Below are positions 10,927 through 20,054 of a stretch of 64,000 bases of DNA, piece by piece. Numbering within the stretch: the first letter of the stretch is position 1; each line of letters begins with the position of its first letter. The DNA lies in NCBI GenBank assembly GCA_963705525.1, contig CAVPJW010000005.1, forward strand, positions 19,796 to 83,795, read 5' to 3'. Position numbers and translations under genes: made by a program. Under the pieces are notes generated by a model. That model was not told the origin of the DNA, made no database searches, and saw only the letters and a program-made list of their open reading frames with translations. The stretch is from an uncultured Acidobacteriota bacterium (GTDB lineage Bacteria; Acidobacteriota; Vicinamibacteria; Vicinamibacterales; CAVPJW01).

Positions 10927-12252
10927 ATGAAGACGGTGCTCATCATTGCTCGCGTGTTTCCTCCCTTTCAATCTGTGGGCCACTCAATTCGGATGGTGAA
11001 GTTCGCCAAGTATCTTCCGGCGTTGGGCTGGTTGCCGTCAGTGCTGACTATTGACGACCGCAGAGAGTATGAGTTTGATCGTAAGCAGGGCAGTGACACA
11101 CTGCTGTCGGAACTTCCACGAGATGTCTTGATCTATCGGACTGTTGCAGGAGAGCCGTCCGTACCGTTTCTTGAGCGAGAGAAGGCATTTGGCCGGCGGA
11201 ACTGGCTGACAAGAGCGCTCGTGAAGATTCTTGGCGGAGCACGTCGCTGGGTATTCCGAAACATCTATCTGCCGGACCGTTGCGTTGCTTGGGTACCCTT
11301 TGCGGTAAGACTAGGTCGACAGATTATCAGGCGAGATGGCATTGATGTCATCCTTGTCACATGCCCTCCTCACTCGGCGAGCTTAGTTGGTGTGTTCCTG
11401 AAACGACTGACGGGCAAGTCGCTCATTTTGGATTTCCGCGATGATTGGATTGACACACCCTGGTACCATTCGAGGCCCGCATTGATTCGTATGATCCACC
11501 GACGCCTGGAGAACTGGGCAGTCAAGACCGCAGACAAGGTCATCTTGGTCACAGAATCGAGTAGAGCCGCGTTCGTCGACCGCTATGCGACACAGCCCAG
11601 TAACAAATTTGTCATCATCTCCAATGGTTGTGATCTTGCGGACTTTGCTCAGCTCGATTCGATGACGCCGGCACCCCGCAACTCGAAGTTCACGATTGTG
11701 CATGCGGGGTCCCTGAACGTATCAGCGTTTTGGGGACGCAGCCCAGCCGCGCTCTTTCAAGCTATCCAGCGAATCCTTTTACAGCAACCGGGGCTGGGAG
11801 AGAAGCTAACCCTAGCGTTCGCCGGTGATTTCCCAGAAGAGTATCGACGGTTGGCCGACGAACTGGGTGTCGCGCGCGTGATCAAGGTGCTGGGACCTAT
11901 GCCCCATAACGAAGTCCTGCGCTTGATCAAGTCGGCCGACCTGCTGCTAGCCATAAACTACGAGGGCTGGTCCACTCTGATCCCAGGGAAGATATACGAG
12001 TACTGGGCTGTCGGCGGTCCTCTGATTCTCTTGCTGAGTTGTGCCGGCGCGGCTTCACTATTCGTGCAACGGCACGGCCTAGGACTGACAGTCGATCCCG
12101 CCGATGTGGCCGGAATACAAGAAGCGATCCTAACGGCATATCGCCAAGGCAACACGGCCGCGCCGCCGCGGATAAGCACCGACGGAATTGAAGCGTTTGA
12201 CCGCCGGGCATTGGCTAGGCATCTTGCCGAGGTTCTGTCAGAGGTAATGTGA
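10927..12252 (+). CDS. GT4-family glycosyltransferase (copy 1 of a duplicated gene)
   Basis: Intact 441-aa ORF from ATG 10927 (MKTVLIIARVFPPFQSVGHSIR...). C-terminal GT-B features: FTIVHAGSL, ADLLLAINYEG..LIPGKIYEYWAVGGP. The ORF-track entry 10711-12252 fuses it to the transposase tail. Confidence 0.8.
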   Translation: MKTVLIIARVFPPFQSVGHSIRMVKFAKYLPALGWLPSVLTIDDRREYEFDRKQGSDTLLSELPRDVLIYRTVAGEPSVPFLEREKAFGRRNWLTRALVKILGGARRWVFRNIYLPDRCVAWVPFAVRLGRQIIRRDGIDVILVTCPPHSASLVGVFLKRLTGKSLILDFRDDWIDTPWYHSRPALIRMIHRRLENWAVKTADKVILVTESSRAAFVDRYATQPSNKFVIISNGCDLADFAQLDSMTPAPRNSKFTIVHAGSLNVSAFWGRSPAALFQAIQRILLQQPGLGEKLTLAFAGDFPEEYRRLADELGVARVIKVLGPMPHNEVLRLIKSADLLLAINYEGWSTLIPGKIYEYWAVGGPLILLLSCAGAASLFVQRHGLGLTVDPADVAGIQEAILTAYRQGNTAAPPRISTDGIEAFDRRALARHLAEVLSEVM

Positions 12253-12277
12253 TTCTTGAAATTGTCGGTCCTGACAT

Positions 12278-13060
12278 GTGTCAAAAAAAGTAGCCAGACA
12301 ATTTGTCTTGGAATTCCAAAGACGCGTCAACTTATTCCCGAAATCGATCTGCCTAGTATCGGGCGCTCCCCGCTCGGGAACTACGGCCCTTGTCGACTGG
12401 CTCGGAGACCAGCCAGGCGTTGCGGCATTCCAGGAATCTCGGATATTGGTGAGTGCCCACGCCTTTATGGAGGAAGTGTGGAGATTTTCAAGTCTAAGCA
12501 GAGACAGCCTAGCATTAGTCCGACTGGCGCGCCGCCTTATCGTCGAATATTACACCGGTTCGAGGATCCTCATAGGAAAGAGGCTCCTTGTAGATAAGGA
12601 GCCTCTCGAACCCATTGCCTTCCCGTCAAGAGACTATGAGCAATTCATCAAGAACATCAAGACGCTCTTTCCGGAAGCCAAGCTTCTCCTGGCAGTTCGT
12701 GATCCGCTTGCCACGATTTGGTCGATGTCACAACGGCCATGGGGTGAGTCTCTGACGAATAGGGAAGCGAGAGACTTTGCCATTGAAGAGTACACACACA
12801 ACTGGAACTCCTGTGCCGACCTCATATTGCAATGCTGCTCCAATCGAAACACCTGCATCGTTCAGTTCGGGCGTCTAATGAACGATCCAGAGAATGAATC
12901 GAGGAGAATATGCGAGTTCCTAAGTATTCGCAACGGGAAGCCGTTCGAACCGCGCGAGACTAAAGACATTGGATTCAGTAGAGAAGAACGGGAGCAAATC
13001 GTGCATGCTACCCGGTCAAGGGTTGAATTGCTGAATGCCAAAGGAATATCCGGTCTATAG
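12278..13060 (+). CDS. PAPS-dependent sulfotransferase family protein
   Basis: 260-aa ORF with a GTG start. 5'-PSB loop SGAPRSGTTAL and 3'-PB-like LLAVRDPLATIWS. Visibly AT-richer than the flanks (by eye, not computed). Confidence 0.72.
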   Translation: MSKKVARQFVLEFQRRVNLFPKSICLVSGAPRSGTTALVDWLGDQPGVAAFQESRILVSAHAFMEEVWRFSSLSRDSLALVRLARRLIVEYYTGSRILIGKRLLVDKEPLEPIAFPSRDYEQFIKNIKTLFPEAKLLLAVRDPLATIWSMSQRPWGESLTNREARDFAIEEYTHNWNSCADLILQCCSNRNTCIVQFGRLMNDPENESRRICEFLSIRNGKPFEPRETKDIGFSREEREQIVHATRSRVELLNAKGISGL

Positions 13061-13099
13061 TGGAGTCGAATACGAGGAGTCGAATACAATGGCCCCGCT

Positions 13100-13427
13100 C
13101 AGCATCAGGTCTGACGAACTGGTTCAGTTGACCGTCGGGCACACATGGTGGCCGATGTCGCAGGAAAGAGAATCCTAATCCGCCACATCGCAGGCCCGAA
13201 GACCGTCGCGGGAACCCGCGCCGCGGCGTTCGGGACCACACGCCGCAGACGTCGCCAGACGGCCTCCGCATCCCACGGCGCATGCGCGATGAAGTGCTGA
13301 AAGGCTGATACGACGTCGGCTCGCTGACGCGCGCGAGCATCGCCGACATCGATTTGCGCGCGCTGTCGCCCAGCAGTCCGTCGACATATACCCGCAACGA
13401 CACGTGCTGCGCCGGAGTTGCCGACAC
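13100..13427 (-). pseudogene. N-terminal remnant of an IS701-like (DDE_5) transposase, frameshifted and 3'-truncated
   Basis: Minus-strand frames read ...LRVYVDGLLGDSARKSMSAMLARVSEPTSYQ | AFQHFIAHAPWDAEAVWRRLRRVVP.... This is typical of IS701-family N-termini (Y..GLL...RKS....yq.lqhF...a.WD). No DDE core follows. Confidence 0.45.
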
Positions 13428-13618
13428 TGGTTGCTGCGGGCCGTGTCAACGGCTTTGAGACGACCTGGTGATTCAGCATCTACTGTAGCAACTCCGCGGT
13501 GTTGATCGTCGAGATCGGCAGTAGTCAGACAAGGGATCACACGACAGTCAGAGGGCGTAGCACGACCGTCGCCGGGTGGTGATATCCGCGGGTTGCGTGA
13601 CTGATTCAGAGGGTGCCG

Positions 13619-15512
13619 ATGTGCGGTATTAGCGGCGTCGTCCTGAGCGCACCTCACCGGGCTGCCGCAGGGGAGGCGCTCGCCGCCGACATCTCCGCGA
13701 TGAATGCTGCGGTTGCGCACCGTGGGCCCGATGGGTGCGGCATGTACATTGGCGACGGTGTCGGCCTCGGGCACCGTCGCCTCGCGATTCTCGACCTAAG
13801 CCAGGCAGCCGCTCAACCGATGTTCAATGTCGACAGCAGTTTGGTGTTGGTATTCAACGGGGAAATCTACAACTACTTGGAGTTGATCCCAGAGCTTAGG
13901 GCGGCGGGGTACGAGTTCCGCACGCGCTCGGACAGCGAGGTGATCTTGCACGCTTACGCCGCCTGGGGTGATGCCTGTGTGCACCGCTTCAACGGCATGT
14001 GGGCCTTCGCGATCTGGGACACACGCCGTAGGCGTCTCTTTGCTTCGCGTGACCGCTTCGGAGTCAAGCCATTCGTGTACCTCGAGCGCGACGGTGATTT
14101 CCTGTTTTCCAGTGAAATCGCCGGCATACGCGCCGTGCGCCCCGTGAACGAGGCGAACCTTGGCAAGGTCCACGACTTCCTCGCCTACGGATACCGCACC
14201 AACGACGGGGACACGTTCTTTGCGGGCATTAGAGAATTACCACCGGCACACAATCTGGTTCTGGAAGACGGCCGGGTCCGACTTTCCCGCTACTGGCATC
14301 TACCCAGCCAGGAACAGGACGCGGGCACGGAGGCGCAGCTTACCGAGCGGTTCCGTGCGCTACTGCGCGATGCGATACTGCTCCGCTTTCGCAGCGATGT
14401 GCCCGTGGCGCTACTTCAGAGCGGCGGTCTCGACTCCTCTGCGATTTGTCGCGTGGTTGATGACGAGATAGCGGCGGGCCACCTTGGCGTCGCATCGGTC
14501 ACTGCTTTCACGTCGGTGTATCCCGATCAGCGTTTCGACGAGAGTGCCGTCGTGCGGGACTTGCTCGCAGGGTGTCGGCACATAGAATCCGTGACGATCG
14601 CCCTCCGACGGCACAACCCTGGCGTCGGCCCTTCCGGAGTTTGTCGCAGCCATGGGAGAGCCCGTCTATAGCACAACCGCGTTTGCGCACTGGCGCCTGA
14701 TGCGCGCTGTTCGCGACCGGGGCGTCAAGGTGGTCATCAACGGCCAAGGGTCTGATGAGGCCTTCGCCGGCTATGCCAAGCACATTGTCGGGTACCGGTT
14801 GCTCGATCTGCTTCTTTCTCGCCCCCTTCTTGCGTTTGCCGAGGTCCGGGCGATTCGCCGGAAGCTCGGGTTTAGCCTCCCAATGATGCTGTCCCAGGTC
14901 GCGAAGGCAATTGGCGGGCGGAGGGTTGCATCGAAGGTTCGCGCGCGCTTCATGGAGGGCTCTATTCAACTACTCGAGCCGACATTCCATCACGCTTACG
15001 ATCGCCACCTCAGGGATCAGTCGGCGCGCCTAGCGCCGCGGAATCTCGAACACCACCTCCGCACGCAGATCGAGCACTTTGGCTTCAATCAAATCCTCCA
15101 TTACGAAGATCAATCTTCGATGAGCTGCGGGATCGAGATCCGGTCACCTTTCATCGACTATCGCCTGATGGAGCTCGCCTTTACGTTGCCAGATAGCCAC
15201 AAGTTCTCCGGTGGAATGACGAAACGCCTGGTGCGACAAGCATTTGCTTCCGAACTGCCCGAGCGGATTATCCATGAAAAGGAGAAGATCGGCTTCGGCA
15301 CGCCGTTTGAGTCGTGGATGAGGGAGCCAGCGCTCCGCAGCGCAGTCGCTCGATTGGCGACGAGCCCAGAATTTGCGGCGAGGCGCATATGGCGCGCGCC
15401 CAAGGTGCGCCATCGTCTCCTAGATCAGAAGGGGCCTGGAGCCCGGTTTCCCGCTTGGCGCTTCATCAATGTCGAACTATGGGCACGGGCATGCGGCATT
15501 GTGAATCTCTAG
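13619..15512 (+). pseudogene. Asparagine synthase-family (glutamine-hydrolysing) amidotransferase, frameshift near 14600
   Basis: MCGISGVV Ntn-glutaminase start, HRGPDG, NGEIYNY, PP-loop LLQSGGLDSSAI. Then a frame switch (HIESVTIA | PSDGTTLASALPEFVAAMGEPVYST) and INGQGSDEAFAGY. Confidence 0.88.
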
Positions 15513-15631
15513 CGGGACAGCTCCTCAGGCGCCGCATTCAGGCAAGGCGTCCAAGTGAGCCCTGTGAGCTTAGATGCTCCACGCGAAGTCGGTGACATGA
15601 TGACACTGGCCGGAGAGCGGAATGCGACTCG

Positions 15632-16279
15632 GTGGGCCCCAGGTCTTGGCGTGGGGCAACCGTGAAACGCCTACTACTTGCGTCCGCGCGACGACTCCGG
15701 ACTCACCTCGCCGTATGGAACAAGGGACGCTTTCTCGCATACGGAAGGGACTTGCACGTTGGTCAGGGGTCTAGGCTTTGGGCACCTAAGCGGCTCACCA
15801 TCGGAAACAGCGTTTACATCGGGAAGCACGTTCATATTGAAGCGAACTGCACCATTGGTGACTATTGCCTGTTGGCGAACCGGGTGGCCATCATTGGACG
15901 GCATGATCATGACTTCTCGGCGGTCGGCTATCCCGTGCGCTATGCACCCTGGATTGGAAGCACGCGTATGCCCAGCCGGCACATCGATGAGATGGTCGTT
16001 CTCGAGGGCGACGTGTGGTTGGGGTACGGCGTTGTCGTACTGACCGGGGTCACCATCGGCCAGGGAGCCATTGTCGCAGCGGGTAGCGTCGTGTCCAAGA
16101 GCATCCCGGCCTATTGCATCGCGGCCGGGGTACCTGCCCGGGTGATAGCCCAACGCTTCGCCAAGAGGGAGGACATAGCACGGCACGAACAGGCTATCGC
16201 CGCGGGGACATTCATATTATCCGAACAAGGTTACGATGAGTGTCGCATTGAGCCCGGGTTTCCGCCAACCGAGACTTGA
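15632..16279 (+). CDS. Hexapeptide-repeat (LbH) O-acetyltransferase
   Basis: IGNSVYIGKHVHIEANCTIGDYCLLANRVAIIG ... VVLEGDVWLGYGVVVLTGVTIGQGAIVAAGSVVSKSIPAYCIAAGVPARVI. The start is uncertain (GTG 15662 is possible). Confidence 0.8.
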   Translation: MGPRSWRGATVKRLLLASARRLRTHLAVWNKGRFLAYGRDLHVGQGSRLWAPKRLTIGNSVYIGKHVHIEANCTIGDYCLLANRVAIIGRHDHDFSAVGYPVRYAPWIGSTRMPSRHIDEMVVLEGDVWLGYGVVVLTGVTIGQGAIVAAGSVVSKSIPAYCIAAGVPARVIAQRFAKREDIARHEQAIAAGTFILSEQGYDECRIEPGFPPTET

Positions 16280-17382
16280 TGAGTAAGGTCGTCGTCCTCC
16301 AGCACCGGTTGCTGCACTATCGCACGGCCCTATTTGATGAGCTACGGGCCGCCTGCACACGGCGCGGCATTGAACTTCATCTCGTCCACGGCCAGGCCAC
16401 GCGGCGCGAACGAGCCAAGAAGGATGAGGGATGTTTGCCTTGGGCTACCAAGGTCACGAACCGGGTTTGGGAGGTTGGAGCTCGCGACTTTGTGTGGCAA
16501 CCGTTTCCACGCGACCTGCATGATGCGGACCTGGTTGTGATTATGCAGGAAAGCCGCCTCTTGTCCAACTACCCCTTGTTACTCAACCGTTTCTTCAACG
16601 GTCCGAGGATAGCCTTCTGGGGCCATGGCGCCAACTTGCAGAGCGCCAGACCCGACGGTTGGCGGGAGAAATGGAAGAGAGTGATGCTGACCCGTGTGGA
16701 TTGGTGGTTCGCCTATACGGAATCAACAGTGGACATCGTGCGCGCCGCGGGGTTCCCTCCACAGGACATTACCAAGCTCGATAACGCTATCGACACACGC
16801 GGCTTCAGACGTGACCTGGCTGGAATAACCGACGCTGACTTAGCGACGGCCAGGAGGGCGCTCGGAGTTGACGCCTCTGCGCCAGTTGGCATTTATTGCG
16901 GCTCCCTGTATCCGGACAAGCGGTTGGACTTCTTAGTGGAAGCTGGGGATCGAATCCACGCTCAGGTCCCGGCTTTTCATTGTGTGGTTATCGGCGACGG
17001 CCCGTCCATGCCGAGGCTTCTTGAGGCAACAACACTCCACCCATGGCTGCATGTTCTAGGGGCCCGCCACGGACCCGACAAGGCCCTGTACCTTCGGATG
17101 GCCAGCTTCATGCTGAATCCAGGCGCCGTGGGCCTACACATCGTTGATGCGTTTTGTGGCGGGTTGGTTCTCCTGACGACCGAGACTGCAAGACACGGCC
17201 CGGAGATTGCGTACCTAAGGCATGGGGAGAACTCCTTTATGACCCGTGACAGCGCTGAGGAATATGCTGCGACCGTCGTGTCGTTGTGCCACGACCCCGC
17301 ACGCTTCAACCGGGTTAAGGCAGCGGCATTGGCCGATGCAGAACGCTACACTCTGGGCAACATGGTGGCACAACTTTGCTGA
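16279..17382 (+). CDS. GT1/GT4-family glycosyltransferase
   Basis: 367-aa ORF. ATG overlaps the upstream stop (TGATG). GT-B C-terminal half: VGIYCGSLYPDKRLDFLVEA, VVIGDGP, MLNPGAVGLHIVDAF. Confidence 0.78.
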   Translation: MSKVVVLQHRLLHYRTALFDELRAACTRRGIELHLVHGQATRRERAKKDEGCLPWATKVTNRVWEVGARDFVWQPFPRDLHDADLVVIMQESRLLSNYPLLLNRFFNGPRIAFWGHGANLQSARPDGWREKWKRVMLTRVDWWFAYTESTVDIVRAAGFPPQDITKLDNAIDTRGFRRDLAGITDADLATARRALGVDASAPVGIYCGSLYPDKRLDFLVEAGDRIHAQVPAFHCVVIGDGPSMPRLLEATTLHPWLHVLGARHGPDKALYLRMASFMLNPGAVGLHIVDAFCGGLVLLTTETARHGPEIAYLRHGENSFMTRDSAEEYAATVVSLCHDPARFNRVKAAALADAERYTLGNMVAQLC

Positions 17383-17423
17383 AGGCATTGCACGGTGTCT
17401 CGCCTCCGTCAAGAGGCTCTAGG

Positions 17424-18230
17424 ATGAGTCGCTGCCCTTCGCTTCCTGTTCTCGTTTACCACAAGGTCGGCCCAGGCAAGGACAGATGGTCCTCCCCAGC
17501 CGCCCAGTTTCTTTCGCACGTTCGGTACCTCTCACAGCGTGGTTATAGAACCTTGACGGCTGGTGAGTACGAAGCGTGTGCACTAGGTGAGGTCCCGGAG
17601 CCTGGCAAGGCGGTTCTGATAACGTTTGACGACGCTTACGCATCCAGCTTCACGCGTGTGTTACCGACCTTGGAACGCTTTGGCATGCATGCACTGGCCT
17701 TTGTCATTACGCAGAGAGTTGGCAGTGGGCCGCCGAGGCGTGGTCCTATTGACACGACGTCCGAGGATGAGGCCTACCTGCGCTGGGCCGAGATCGAAGA
17801 GATGGTTGCGAGTGGCGTGTTTGAGGTCCACTCCCACAGTCACGCGCACGCGCGGTGGCATGCTTCCCGGACTGACATAGACGAGTACTTGGGGGAAATG
17901 GAGGACGACCTTACGACCTCACGGAGGTTGCTCGCAGAGCATTTTAGCGCTGTGGTCCCAAGGCATTTGGCGTGGCCATGGGGTGAGTCCACGAAGGAGA
18001 CTCGCGCTTTGGCGCGGAGACTGGGGTTTGACTTTCAATACACCGTTGGAAATGACTTCAACACACACTCGACTCCATTGGATCAGATAAATCGCCTGTG
18101 CTGCGACGGCCTATCCCTTCCCGCTTTTGTGCTGCGCCTAGAGTTCTTTCGAAGCTCGTTGCCGAGTCGTGTGTATCCACTCGTCCGTCGGAAATATCAC
18201 TGGATGAATAGTGCGGTAACGAACAAGTAG
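17424..18230 (+). CDS. Polysaccharide deacetylase (CE4 / NodB-homology)
   Basis: PVLVYHKV, VLITFDDAYASSF, LAFVIT, WAEIEEM, EVHSHSHAH. AAGAGG lies 8 nt upstream of ATG 17424. Confidence 0.85.
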   Translation: MSRCPSLPVLVYHKVGPGKDRWSSPAAQFLSHVRYLSQRGYRTLTAGEYEACALGEVPEPGKAVLITFDDAYASSFTRVLPTLERFGMHALAFVITQRVGSGPPRRGPIDTTSEDEAYLRWAEIEEMVASGVFEVHSHSHAHARWHASRTDIDEYLGEMEDDLTTSRRLLAEHFSAVVPRHLAWPWGESTKETRALARRLGFDFQYTVGNDFNTHSTPLDQINRLCCDGLSLPAFVLRLEFFRSSLPSRVYPLVRRKYHWMNSAVTNK

Positions 18231-18239
18231 GTTACCGAG

Positions 18240-18540
18240 ATGCTGACGGGTTGTTGCGTTCTTGTCTTCGGCATCGGGCGGGCCAGCCATATGGCAAGGG
18301 ATTAGAGGTGAAACATTTCGACAATAATGTTTCGATGTCGAGACTCATTGGCGGCAATAAGGCATTTATTTAACAGGCGCTTCCCCACATTTCCGCCATG
18401 ATGTGCGATTCGCTGGAGGAGGTCGTGCAAGGCGCCGATGGCGTTATCGTGGGCCACGAGTTGCAGGATGGGGAGCGTACTTGGTCAGGCTTTTAAGACC
18501 GGAGCAACTGCTTATCGATTTGGTAAAGATGGTCTCGGGG
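18240..18540 (+). pseudogene. Degenerate 3' remnant of a GDP-mannose 6-dehydrogenase (AlgD-like) gene
   Basis: Frames read GKGLEVKHFDNNVSMSRLIGGNKAFI / FPHISAMMCDSLEEVVQGADGVIVGHE / LLRPEQLLIDLVKMVSG. This is colinear with the AlgD C-terminus as I recall it (LIGKGYELRIYDRNVEYARVHGANKEYIESKIPHVSSLLVSDLDEVVASSDVLVLGN...KKLVDLVG). Interrupted by stops and frameshifts. Confidence 0.5.
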
Positions 18541-18638
18541 CGCTCATCCTCTGGTGCATATGAAGGTATCTGTTGGTAGGCGGGCGCCTTCAGGCTGTCC
18601 AATGGTCCTTTGAGCGTCGTCGTGATCAGGGAAGTGAT

Positions 18639-19868
18639 ATGCGCATTTTGATGATTGCGAACTATCTGCCCTATCCACAAGTGTCAGGGGGTCGAATACG
18701 TATCTACAATCTTCTCCGTCGGGTTGCGAATCGACATGAAGTCTCATTAGCCGCGTTACTGGAGTCTCCGGAGGATGCCGAGGGTGTGTCTCACTTGAGG
18801 CAATTCTGCGCCAGGGTCGAGACAGCCGGCTTGGATCGACGCAGCCGCCTCGCGAAGGCACCGGGCATGCTTCGCTATGCCTTGGAGGGCAAGCCGCCGG
18901 ACCTCAAGCTGCTACACTCTGAAGAACTCGTGGGAAAGATCGAGCGGCTTTTCTCCACGCGTGACTTTGACATCGTACAGATAGAATCAGTCATGGGGCT
19001 GTATCTGGCGACGCTTCCCAAGAGCAAGCGCTACAAGAGCATTATGATGTTCCAGAATTGTGCGTCCCATCAATTTGGGCGGATGTCGCAGGTGGAGGAG
19101 GGCTGGGACAAGAAGCTAAGAGCCTGGATCAATGGCGTCAGCCTGGGGTATTGGGAACCCCGCTACGCGGAGAAGTTTGATCGCTGCACAACCGTATCCG
19201 AACTGGACCAGCAACTATTGCTGAAGGCCAATCCAGGTCTGCAGATAGACGTGATTCCTAACGGCGTGGATATCGAGAAGTATCAACCATTGCCTCTGCC
19301 CCCGGAGGATGCACCGCCCTCGCTGATGTTCATTGGCAGCATGGCATACCCGCCGTGCGTTGATGCGGTGCTCCATTTTTGGAGGGAGAGCTTTCCCCTC
19401 ATCCGTCACGCGATCAACCCGATGGAGTTGTGGATCGTTGGGGCCGATCCTCACCCCGCGGTGCTGAACCTCAAGGGAAGTGCCGTGCATGTCACAGGTC
19501 GAGTGGCAGATGTGATTCCCTATTATCAGCAAAGCACCGTATGCGTAGTCCCGCTACGTGCCGGTGGCGGCACACGGTTAAAGATCCTGGAGGCAATGGC
19601 GCTCGGTCGTCCGGTCGTGTCGACGACCATAGGATGTGAAGGGCTTGAGGTGGTTGATGGTAAACATCTCTATATAGCCGATACTCCCGAGCAGTTCGCG
19701 GAGAAAACCGTGCGCCTTTGCCGCGATCGCCAGCTGTACAAGCATATGGCTGCCAATGCCCGCCAGTTGGTGGAGACCCGCTATGGGTGGGATAAGATCG
19801 CCGAGCGGCTGATGGATGTGTACGAGCAGGTGTCCGCCAACGGAAGTGGTAAAGCCACCGGCCAGTAG
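18639..19868 (+). CDS. GT4-family glycosyltransferase (resembles the PEP-CTERM/EpsH1-associated sugar-transferase subfamily)
   Basis: MRILMIANYLPYPQVSGGRIRIYNLLRRVANRHEVSL N-terminus; VVPLRAGGGTRLKILEAMALGRPVVST. Intact 409 aa. Confidence 0.8.
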   Translation: MRILMIANYLPYPQVSGGRIRIYNLLRRVANRHEVSLAALLESPEDAEGVSHLRQFCARVETAGLDRRSRLAKAPGMLRYALEGKPPDLKLLHSEELVGKIERLFSTRDFDIVQIESVMGLYLATLPKSKRYKSIMMFQNCASHQFGRMSQVEEGWDKKLRAWINGVSLGYWEPRYAEKFDRCTTVSELDQQLLLKANPGLQIDVIPNGVDIEKYQPLPLPPEDAPPSLMFIGSMAYPPCVDAVLHFWRESFPLIRHAINPMELWIVGADPHPAVLNLKGSAVHVTGRVADVIPYYQQSTVCVVPLRAGGGTRLKILEAMALGRPVVSTTIGCEGLEVVDGKHLYIADTPEQFAEKTVRLCRDRQLYKHMAANARQLVETRYGWDKIAERLMDVYEQVSANGSGKATGQ

Positions 19869-20054
19869 AGGCGCGGAGGCTTGCGCTGGTGCAAGTCCGG
19901 AGCGCCTGATCTGTTCACCCACAATCGAGGGATATGCTCACAGATGGGTCGCGCCGCTGCGCGCGGCCGAACACCTCGCGTGCACATCCCTATAGCACAG
20001 GTGCGGCGATGGGACGGGGCGAAGGGTGACTACGCGCCAGGAGCACGTTCGCTA

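Noticed and set aside
10711-12252. 513-aa ORF as a transposase-glycosyltransferase fusion protein
   Set aside because: The fusion exists only because a 1-nt shift hides the transposase stop (TAG at 10911). The GT has its own ATG at 10927, matching the start of its paralogue.
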